Virus record (IMG/VR): IMGVR_UViG_3300017544_000199
Coordinates: 11,611 to 75,610 of that record
Reading direction: 5' to 3' (one strand)
From: a virus
DNA: 64,000 nt
Part shown: positions 47,204 to 54,649 of the stretch, piece by piece
Layout of the letters: each line of letters opens with the position of its first letter
How positions within the stretch are numbered: position 1 is the first letter of the stretch
Position numbers and translations under genes: made by a program
The notes under the pieces: generated by a model
What the model was told of the DNA's origin: nothing
Databases searched by the model: none
Seen by the model: the letters and a program-made list of their open reading frames with translations, nothing else

Positions 47204-48009
47204 CGTTTGTTGAAAACCCGCGTCTGCGGAGGCTCCTGCTTTCCGCCATCGGCAGGGCTTGGAAGCGGGGCGAACCGCTGAGCATGAGGCCGGCCGACGG
47301 CGACAGATTTGTCGCGCGCGTTATCGCGCGCGGCAAGATCGGCGTCGCCATCCGCGTCGAAAACGAACTCTTCGCCGCCCTCCGGGCCAAGGAAATCCAC
47401 GAGGAAGTCGTCGCCCGGAAGCCCCTGACCTTCGGCCTGCGGCTTGCGGAACGGGCCGTGGAAGGTTGCGGAGACGTTGCGGAGACATCCCCGGCGCGTC
47501 TCCGCACGTCTCCGCGGGCAGGCGCTAAGCGGTTGCGTGGATTGACGAATTTCGATTGCGGAAACGTCCGCGGAGACGCCGCGGAGACGCGGAGACGCCA
47601 CCGTAAGCCATTGAAAAAGCTAGCGGAGACGATTTGCGGAGACGCCCTTATTCCCAGCGTAGCAGGGAATAAAAGAACGGCGGGCGCTTGGCGCGCCGCG
47701 CCCGCCGTTCTTTTGCGGCAGGGCGAGGCGATCGAATTCGGCGCGCCGTTCGAGGCCGGCGATGTCCTTTTGGATCGCGGTCAACGGTTCGTCTGCGTTG
47801 AAGTCGTCCCTTGCGTCCGCAAGGACGGAACGCCGTCGGCCTGGACGATCTGGCACGGCGAATGCGCGGATTGCGGCGCGCCCTTCGGCGTAAAGGCTTA
47901 TTCGAAAACCTGGCGCCCGGTTCAACGCCGCTGCGATCTCCACAAGTCGCCTCTGCATCGAACGAAGTTCGGCCGAGGGCGGCGCGCAGGGCGGAGGGTC
48001 GCGCAATGA
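47200..48009 (+). CDS. Hypothetical protein containing the iteron cluster
   Basis: N-terminus resembles helicase C-terminal domain; CxxC near C-terminus; ATGA-coupled on both sides. Confidence 0.55.
   Translation: MTFVENPRLRRLLLSAIGRAWKRGEPLSMRPADGDRFVARVIARGKIGVAIRVENELFAALRAKEIHEEVVARKPLTFGLRLAERAVEGCGDVAETSPARLRTSPRAGAKRLRGLTNFDCGNVRGDAAETRRRHRKPLKKLAETICGDALIPSVAGNKRTAGAWRAAPAVLLRQGEAIEFGAPFEAGDVLLDRGQRFVCVEVVPCVRKDGTPSAWTIWHGECADCGAPFGVKAYSKTWRPVQRRCDLHKSPLHRTKFGRGRRAGRRVAQ
47468..47714. repeat. GCGGAGAC iteron cluster with IHF-like site and hairpins; putative replication origin
   Basis: 7 exact direct copies, 1 variant, 2 inverted; TAAGCCATTGAAA; downstream inverted repeats. Confidence 0.7.
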
Positions 48010-48650
48010 GCGCCGACCGCTACGCCCGCGCCGCCGTCGAACGGCTCGACGAAGTCGCCCATGCCATGGAGCTCAAGTGGGGGACCGGCCGGCTCCCCCG
48101 GCTCGTCGATCCGGCGCTGGCCGCCCGCTTCGAGGCCCAGCGCGTGAAGCTCAACGAAGCGCTCCGCTCGGATCGGTCCGACGCCATCGCCACCCAGGCC
48201 GCCGCCATGGAGCGCGCCTGGAAGGCCCTCGACGCCGCGGCGCTCGCCGCCGGCGCGAAGCCGCTCTCGCCGACGGTGTGGGAAGCCGCGCTGCCCTCGA
48301 CCGGCGAGATCGTCGCCATCGTCCGCACTGCCGAGGAAGCGTCCGCCATCGCCCGCGACCGCAAGGGCGCGGTCTACACGCTCGCCGAAGTCGCGGTCGC
48401 CCTCGACGCATTCGGCGAACAGGTCCGCGCCACCAAGGCGGCGTTCCCCGGCGCCGAGGTCACGGCGGTCCGTTCCCGCGAACTCGGCATCGGATCGGCG
48501 CCGCGAAATCCGCGCGCCGAGGGTCGGTCGCCCTCCCGGTCGAGGCGGACATCGACCGCGGGCGTCCGCGATCTTCTCTATGCCCCCTTGGGCCAACCGT
48601 CGAAGCCCCGCTCGGACGACAGGCCCTTCAACGACGAAATCCCCTTCTGA
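48006..48650 (+). CDS. Phage hypothetical protein ending in DEIPF
   Basis: MELKWGTGRLPRLV...RAWKALD..A...G; homolog truncated at window start. Confidence 0.75.
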   Translation: MSADRYARAAVERLDEVAHAMELKWGTGRLPRLVDPALAARFEAQRVKLNEALRSDRSDAIATQAAAMERAWKALDAAALAAGAKPLSPTVWEAALPSTGEIVAIVRTAEEASAIARDRKGAVYTLAEVAVALDAFGEQVRATKAAFPGAEVTAVRSRELGIGSAPRNPRAEGRSPSRSRRTSTAGVRDLLYAPLGQPSKPRSDDRPFNDEIPF

Positions 48651-48661
48651 ACGGAGGTCGA

Positions 48662-49186
48662 ATGGACAAGCACACCGAACCTAGCCACGCCGCGCCGCCC
48701 GCGACCGCCGCGGAAAGCGAAAGCAGGTCGATCCTCGCGCTCGATCTCGGCACGTGCACGGGATGGGCGCTGCGCGCTACCTCGGGCGCCGTCACGAGCG
48801 GCACCCACGAATTCCGGCCGGGACGCTTCGAGGGCGCCGGAATGGCGTTCCTCCGCTTCGACGGCTGGCTCGGCGAAACGCTGCGCCTCGCCGGCCGCAT
48901 CGACGCGGTCGCCTTCGAGGAAGTCCGCGCCCACGCCGGCACCCTCGCCGCGCAGGTCTACGGCGGCTTCCTCGCCCATCTCACCGCATGGTGCGAGCAG
49001 CACGCGGTGCCCTACCTCGGCGTCCCCGTCGCGACGATCAAGCGGCACGCGACCGGCAAGGGAAACGCATCGAAGGGGGAAGTGATCGCCGCGATGAAGC
49101 GGCGCGGCCACGATCCGCGCGACGACAACGAGGCGGACGCGCTCGCGATTCTCCATTGGGCGATTTCTCACGGCATCGGAGCATGA
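48662..49186 (+). CDS. RuvC-like resolvase
   Basis: ILALDLGT.TGWA, FEEV, DDNEADALA. Confidence 0.85.
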   Translation: MDKHTEPSHAAPPATAAESESRSILALDLGTCTGWALRATSGAVTSGTHEFRPGRFEGAGMAFLRFDGWLGETLRLAGRIDAVAFEEVRAHAGTLAAQVYGGFLAHLTAWCEQHAVPYLGVPVATIKRHATGKGNASKGEVIAAMKRRGHDPRDDNEADALAILHWAISHGIGA

Positions 49187-49467
49187 GCATGAGCAGGAGA
49201 AGGACGGAATTCCTCGACGAGATCGCGGGCATTCTCACCGATCGCGAGGATCAATACGGGGCGCCCGAAAGGCTGTTCCGCGAGATCGCCCGCGTATGGT
49301 CGATGATCCTGAGCTTCGAGGTCGAGCCCGAACAGGTCGCCCTTTGCATGATGGCCGTGAAGCTCGCGCGGCTCAGCCGCAACTGGTCGCACGCCGACAG
49401 CATCAGGGATGTCGCCGGATACGCGGCCATTCTCTCCCAACTGGTCAGCGAGGCACGCGCGAAATGA
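49183..49467 (+). CDS. DUF6378-like protein
   Basis: Homolog of 660-938. Confidence 0.8.
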   Translation: MSMSRRRTEFLDEIAGILTDREDQYGAPERLFREIARVWSMILSFEVEPEQVALCMMAVKLARLSRNWSHADSIRDVAGYAAILSQLVSEARAK

Positions 49468-49916
49468 AATACACGCCCAAGGACATCGAGGAGCGCTTCG
49501 AGGAAGCCGCCGCGACGTTGCGGCGTCTGCCCGATACGCGGGTGCCCGGATATTTCAGCGCGTGGCCGCCGATAGTCCGCGCGGCGGTCGAGGCATACGG
49601 CTACGATCCGGCTCGGATGCCCCGGATCGCCCCGACGCCGCAGGCCATCAGCCGCATGGAGGAGACGTTCTCGTGGCTGATGTGGCTTGAGCCGGACGAC
49701 GCTCGGATCGTGTGGCTTCGGGCCGAGGGCGTGCGATGGAAGCCCATCTGCTGGCGGATCGGAATATCGCGGGCCGCGGCGTGGCGCCGGTGGGCTGCGT
49801 CGCTCATCGTGATCGCGAATCGTCTCAATTCCAAGTTCGTCGTGAGCGAGAAAAAGGGACGCAAGAAAGGGATAGCCGCAACTATCGACGAAGCGCGACG
49901 CGAAGGCTTGTTCTAA
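49464..49916 (+). CDS. DUF6362-like probable late regulator
   Basis: Homolog of 935-1387. Confidence 0.75.
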   Translation: MKYTPKDIEERFEEAAATLRRLPDTRVPGYFSAWPPIVRAAVEAYGYDPARMPRIAPTPQAISRMEETFSWLMWLEPDDARIVWLRAEGVRWKPICWRIGISRAAAWRRWAASLIVIANRLNSKFVVSEKKGRKKGIAATIDEARREGLF

Positions 49917-50046
49917 GGCGGCATGGATCGGCAACAATCCGCAAAACACGTTGAACTTTGGGCGCGACACATTGGCGTTTTGAGCGCATGTTTCGCGGCA
50001 AGATCGCGGGACGCGCGCCCGCCAGCCCACCCTCCCCCGCCGGCAT

Positions 50047-50153
50047 AGGTTCTTTTTCCCATCCGGAGAATGCGGGCGGCGAAGGCCCGATCGAAATCTA
50101 GCGGCAGAGCCGAAATCCGCTTGCGCACGGGCAGCGCAACCGGGTTGCGCACC
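50047..50153 (+). promoter_or_regulatory. Putative cos site (GGGCGGCGAAGG at 50074-50085)
   Basis: 9/12 identical to lambda GGGCGGCGACCT; conserved with 1501-1618; TGCGCAC repeats follow. Confidence 0.6.
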
Positions 50154-50397
50154 GTCGTAGCGGTGAACTCTCTTGCCTGACCTCGTGGGGATGCCCGCGC
50201 ACTAAAGGATCGCCGAGACATCGGCGCAGAGAAGAGAGTTCTCCGGTGCGGCCCCAAGCCACGACATGTCGTGGCTTCAGGCCGTGACGCCTGCTTAACC
50301 CGCCTGCCGAACCAAGGTGGGCGGGTTTCATTCCCGCTTCCTTGGCCGAAGAGTCCGCGGCGCGGGGCGATCTGGCAGACCTGAGGAAAAATACCGA

Positions 50398-50775
50398 ATG
50401 CAGCGGATCGTTATCGCCGCCACGGCGGTGCTTTGCCTGTTGCTTTCGATGGCTCGGGCGGAGGCCAGGCCCGCCGGATGTCCGGCGGCGTGGTGCGGTT
50501 GCTGGCTCGCGCGGCACTTCGGCCTGAACGACAAGCGGCTTTGGCGCGCGATCAACTGGGCGCGCCTTTGGGGCCATCCGGCGCGCGGCCCAGCGCCGGG
50601 CGTCGTCGTTGTCTGGCCGCATCACGTCGGTGTCGTCACGGCATCGGGAAGCCGCAGCGGAACGGCTGTGGTTCTTTCCGGCAACGACGGCCACGGCGTG
50701 CGTGAGCGCGAGCGGAGTTTGCGTGGCGTCATTGCCTTTCGTGCGCCCGAAAAGCCGGCGTTCAGTAATTTCTAA
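50398..50775 (+). CDS. Secreted CHAP/NlpC-P60-like protein (moron)
   Basis: Signal peptide ending ARAEA; WCGCW, LWRAINWAR, HHVG, SGND; absent from prophage 1. Confidence 0.72.
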   Translation: MQRIVIAATAVLCLLLSMARAEARPAGCPAAWCGCWLARHFGLNDKRLWRAINWARLWGHPARGPAPGVVVVWPHHVGVVTASGSRSGTAVVLSGNDGHGVRERERSLRGVIAFRAPEKPAFSNF

Positions 50776-50790
50776 GTTCGGAGACATCGC

Positions 50791-51534
50791 TTGCAGATCG
50801 AGAAGCGGCCGATAGAGCGGCTTGTCCCGTACATCCGCAACGCGCGGACGCATTCGGACGATCAGGTCGCGCAGATCGCGGCTTCGATCGCGGAATTCGG
50901 CTTCGTCAATCCGGTACTGATCGGCGCCGACGACGTAATCGTCGCCGGCCATGGCCGCGTGCTCGCAGCGAAGCGTCTCGGCCTGTCCGAGGTCCCGGTG
51001 ATCGTGCTCGATCATCTGAACGAGGCGCAGCGGCGCGCGCTTGTCATTGCCGACAACAAGCTCGCCGAGAACGCCGGCTGGGACGAGGCGATGCTGCGGG
51101 CCGAACTCGCGGCGCTTCGCGAGGAAGATTTCGATCTCGACATTCTCGGATTCAGCGATGCCGATCTTCTTCGCATTCTGGATTCGATCGATCCCGCAGG
51201 CCAGCCGGGTGGCCAGGACGCCGACGACTCCGGTATCCCTCCCGCCGGGTCGTCGGCGTCCGAACCGTCCGCGACGCTGGCGGAGCGCTTCGGAATTCCG
51301 CCGTTCAGCGTGCTCGACGCGCGCAAGGGATGGTGGCAGGAGCGCAAGCGCGCCTGGATTGCCCTCGGTATCCGCTCCGAGCTCGGCCGCGGCGCCGCGC
51401 CGGGCGGAAGCCCGAGGCCGCTCGATCGCGCGCGGATGGAGAAGGCGAGTGCCGCGCCCGGCGGTTCGCCCATGCCCGCGATGAACTATTCGAAATCGAA
51501 GGCGCGCGGCGATGGGCGGGGGCGGCCGATATGA
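50791..51534 (+). CDS. ParB/Srx domain protein with MTase-associated C-terminal segment
   Basis: Homolog of 1643-2383. Confidence 0.9.
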   Translation: MQIEKRPIERLVPYIRNARTHSDDQVAQIAASIAEFGFVNPVLIGADDVIVAGHGRVLAAKRLGLSEVPVIVLDHLNEAQRRALVIADNKLAENAGWDEAMLRAELAALREEDFDLDILGFSDADLLRILDSIDPAGQPGGQDADDSGIPPAGSSASEPSATLAERFGIPPFSVLDARKGWWQERKRAWIALGIRSELGRGAAPGGSPRPLDRARMEKASAAPGGSPMPAMNYSKSKARGDGRGRPI

Positions 51535-52325
51535 CGAACCTGACATTCGTGAAGGGCGAGCGTGATCCCGAAGAACTCGATCCCGTGTCGCAGGCGATTC
51601 TGGATGTCGGTTCGGGCACGTCGATCTTCGACCCGGTGCTGTGCGAGATTGCCTATCGCTGGTTCTGCCCGCCGAACGGCGTGGTGCTCGATCCCTTCGC
51701 CGGCGGTTCGGTCCGTGGCATCGTCGCTTCCCGGCTCGGCCGGCGATATGTCGGTGTCGAGCTTCGCGCCGAGCAGGTCGCGGCCAACATCGCGCAGCTT
51801 TCGCTGGCGGGCGATCCGGCGCCGGAATGGCGGCGGGGCGACTCGCGCGACATCGCCCGCATCGCCGGGGATGTCGAGGCGGACCTCGTGTTCTCGTGCC
51901 CGCCCTACTGGAACCTGGAAGAATACTCCGACGATCCGGCCGATCTCTCGACGATGGGCCGTGAAGAGTTCTTTGCTGCGCATGCCACGATCATCCGCGA
52001 CGCGGTGGCGCGCCTTCGTCCGGATCGCTTCGCGGTGTGGGTGATCGGCGACGTTCGTGACGACGACGGTTGCTATGTGAACCTTCCCGGCCGCACGGTC
52101 GAGGCCTTCGAGGCCGCCGGCGCGCGCTTCTACAACGACGCAATTCTCGTGACGGCGGTGGGCTCGCTTCCGGTGCGGGTCGGGCGCCAGTTCGAGGTCT
52201 CTCGCAAGCTCGGCCGCACGCATCAAAACGTGATGGTTTTCGTGAAAGGCGATCCGCGCAAGGCGACGGAAGCGTGTGGGCCGGTCGAATTCGGCGAGAT
52301 TGTAGGCGAGGAGCAAGAGTCTTGA
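51531..52325 (+). CDS. DNA amino-methyltransferase
   Basis: VLDPFAGGS, FSCPPY; homolog of 2380-3180. Confidence 0.85.
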   Translation: MTNLTFVKGERDPEELDPVSQAILDVGSGTSIFDPVLCEIAYRWFCPPNGVVLDPFAGGSVRGIVASRLGRRYVGVELRAEQVAANIAQLSLAGDPAPEWRRGDSRDIARIAGDVEADLVFSCPPYWNLEEYSDDPADLSTMGREEFFAAHATIIRDAVARLRPDRFAVWVIGDVRDDDGCYVNLPGRTVEAFEAAGARFYNDAILVTAVGSLPVRVGRQFEVSRKLGRTHQNVMVFVKGDPRKATEACGPVEFGEIVGEEQES

Positions 52326-53092
52326 TGCAGGGTGGCGCAGCGGCAGCGCGCGCGGCTCATATCCGCGAGGTCGCCGGTTCAAATCCGGCCCCTGCTCCCG
52401 TTATCGCCGAGCACGACGGCATGCTGGTCGTTCGCGACGACCTCTTTCCGGGCGGCACGAAGGCCCGCTTCGTGGCGACGCTGTTCGACGGTGCGCGCGA
52501 GGCCGTTTATGCGTCGCCGGCGGAAGGCGGCGCGCAGACGGCCCTTGCGCACGTCGCGCGACGGCTAGGAAAACGCGCGACGATCTTCGTCGCCGCGCGA
52601 CGGCGCATGCACGACCGCACGCTCGAAGCGTCGCGGCTTGGCGCTAAGGTCGTTCCGGTTGCGCCGGGTTATCTGTCGGTCGTCCAGGCGCGAGCGCGCG
52701 AATACTGCTCGCACACCGGCGCAAGGCTGGTGCCGTTTGGCGTCGATATGCCCGAGGCGATCGACGCCATCGCAGCGGCCGCGCGCGCGACGGGGATCGA
52801 GCCGGACGAGGTATGGTGCGCCGCCGGATCGGGCGTGTTGGTGCGTGGCCTGGCGAAGGCGTGGCCCAGCGCGCGGCGGCATGTCGTGCAGATCGGCCGC
52901 GAGCTTTCGCCGGCGGAGGTCGCCGGCGCGCGCATTCATGTTCATCCGCTGGCCTTCGGGCAGACGGCGCGGACGGCGCCGCCGTTCCCGTCAGATCCGC
53001 ACTACGACGCCAAGGCGTGGGAAATAGCGAAGGCCCGCCGTGGGGCGGGCCTTGTGGCTTTCTGGAATGTGACGGGACCGGCGCGGCCTTAG
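52325..53092 (+). CDS. PLP-dependent enzyme (fold-type II)
   Basis: VRDDLFPGGTKAR, CAAGSG, DPHYDAKAW; TGATG coupling to MTase. Confidence 0.85.
   Translation: MQGGAAAARAAHIREVAGSNPAPAPVIAEHDGMLVVRDDLFPGGTKARFVATLFDGAREAVYASPAEGGAQTALAHVARRLGKRATIFVAARRRMHDRTLEASRLGAKVVPVAPGYLSVVQARAREYCSHTGARLVPFGVDMPEAIDAIAAAARATGIEPDEVWCAAGSGVLVRGLAKAWPSARRHVVQIGRELSPAEVAGARIHVHPLAFGQTARTAPPFPSDPHYDAKAWEIAKARRGAGLVAFWNVTGPARP
52326..52397 (+). tRNA. tRNA/tRNA-like element with CAT anticodon (no encoded CCA) embedded in the PLP gene
   Basis: T-GCAGGG TG GCGC AGCGGCA GCGC G CGCGG CTCATAT CCGCG AGGTC GCCGG TTCAAAT CCGGC CCCTGC-T C. Confidence 0.85.
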
Positions 53093-53292
53093 GCGCGCGC
53101 GTCTTGTGCTCGCCGCCAGAGCGCTTCCGCGACATTCGCCACGATCTGCTCGCCTTGATCGGCGCAGTAGTGGCGCGCGACGCGCTCGGCGTCGGCATAT
53201 GTGCGGATCGGCATCGTAACGTTCAGGCCGTTCCCTTCGGTGAGCGAACGGGACCGCCAGATTGAGTCCGCGACCTCGTCGCATTCGGTCAT
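53089..53292 (-). CDS. Small hypothetical protein specific to prophage 2
   Basis: GGAGG RBS; ATGA overlap with upstream minus-strand gene. Confidence 0.55.
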   Translation of the reverse strand: MTECDEVADSIWRSRSLTEGNGLNVTMPIRTYADAERVARHYCADQGEQIVANVAEALWRRAQDARA

Positions 53293-53969
53293 TGGCGCGC
53301 CTCCAATGCGATCACACAAAGGTCGCGGTAGCGGGCCATCGCCTTTGGGCTGGACGAAACGGGATTGATCGTCATCGCCTTGAGTCCGTCGATGTCGCCG
53401 GCCTTGGCGAGTTCGACGAGCCGCGCGAGCTTGTTGCGGAAGCGCGCGTGCGTCGGTGCGCTGAAGTCGGGCGGCTCGGGGAGCTTGCCCTGGCGCGCGG
53501 CTTCCTCGATCGAGGCGCGCTTGCCCACGGCGCGTGGCTGAGTCTTCGCGTCCGGCGCGGGTTCGGGCTTCCTGGGCGCCGGTCGCTTCTCTTCCTTCGC
53601 CTTGTAGGCGAAGCCGTCCTTGGTCTTGACGATCTCGAACTCGTCGTCCTTCAGCCCCGCGGCTTTCGCCGCGCGCTGGGCATTGAATTTCTTGGCGTAG
53701 GTCTTCATTTTCGGTTCCTCTGCCGGTGTCGAAGCCTCGTCGGTAACGAGGGCAGACCGACCGTCCGCGTCGATCGCATAGATCAAGGCGCGCCTTCCGT
53801 TGCGGTGCTCATCCGCGATCCGGGTCGCTTCGTTTCGCGCGTCGGCGAGGGTTTCGGCTGACGCCCTGGCGTAGCAGCCCCGGCCGAGGAAGAGCGCGAC
53901 ATCGAAGCGGATCGCGTTGGCGATTACGTTCCGGTCCCGGATGTCGGCGGGATGCGGCTTGCGCACCAT
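53289..53969 (-). CDS. Hypothetical protein, homolog of 3945-4655
   Basis: IANAIRFD.ALF.GRG.YA; PEPPDFSA.TH.RFRNKL; INPVSSSPKA. Confidence 0.75.
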   Translation of the reverse strand: MVRKPHPADIRDRNVIANAIRFDVALFLGRGCYARASAETLADARNEATRIADEHRNGRRALIYAIDADGRSALVTDEASTPAEEPKMKTYAKKFNAQRAAKAAGLKDDEFEIVKTKDGFAYKAKEEKRPAPRKPEPAPDAKTQPRAVGKRASIEEAARQGKLPEPPDFSAPTHARFRNKLARLVELAKAGDIDGLKAMTINPVSSSPKAMARYRDLCVIALEARQ

Positions 53970-54079
53970 GTGCTTCTCCGTGGGGTTGGTCTTCGAGCGG
54001 CGTCAGTCAGGCTCGACCCGCGAAGAAGAGCAACTCCTAAGTCCCTGGAATTGTGAGCATATCCGGAGCCTGGAAGAGC

Positions 54080-54649
54080 ATGGGTCTCTCCCGCAGGGCC
54101 TACGCCCGCCATCGCGGAGTAGCCGAAAACGCGGTTCGGGCGGCCATTGCGACGGGCAGGATAACCCTCGAGCCGGACGGGACCATCGATCCGGAGAAGG
54201 CGGACGCTCAATGGGCGGCGCGTACCGATCCCGCGCAGCAGCGCGGGCGCCATGCGCGCCCGAAGGAAGACCGCGCGGACGACGGCAAGGCCGTCCCACG
54301 CGCCGCCGTGGATGCGGTTCAGAAAACGCTCCGCGAGTCCGGTGAAAAGCCGGAAGGCGACGTGACCTTCCTGCGCGCCCGCACCGCGAACGAGGTCATC
54401 AAGGCGCAGGAGCGCAGCCTCCGCCTGGCGAAGATCAAGGGCGAACTCGTGGATCGAGCCCGCGCCGTCGCGACGATCTTCGGCCTCGCGCGGCGCGAAC
54501 GCGACGCATGGGTGCAATGGCCGGCGCGCGTCGCTGCGCTGATGGCGGCCGAATTGCAGATCGATCCGCATCGGATGGAAACGGTTCTGGAAAAGCATGT
54601 CCGACGGCATCTCGCCGAACTCGCGGACGTCCGGGTCGAAATCAGGTGA
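54080..54649 (+). CDS. Terminase small subunit
   Basis: Homolog of 4757-5329. Confidence 0.85.
   Translation: MGLSRRAYARHRGVAENAVRAAIATGRITLEPDGTIDPEKADAQWAARTDPAQQRGRHARPKEDRADDGKAVPRAAVDAVQKTLRESGEKPEGDVTFLRARTANEVIKAQERSLRLAKIKGELVDRARAVATIFGLARRERDAWVQWPARVAALMAAELQIDPHRMETVLEKHVRRHLAELADVRVEIR

Noticed and set aside
47468..47645. CRISPR array
   Set aside because: 8-bp repeats with irregular spacing in both orientations; no cas operon; the 40060 nuclease is a phage exonuclease
52070..52324. Long N-terminal extensions in the ORF track (52070, 51330, 41424, 42337, 13953, 102 etc.)
   Set aside because: They overlap upstream genes; comparison of the two prophages and RBS/ATGA coupling support the downstream starts
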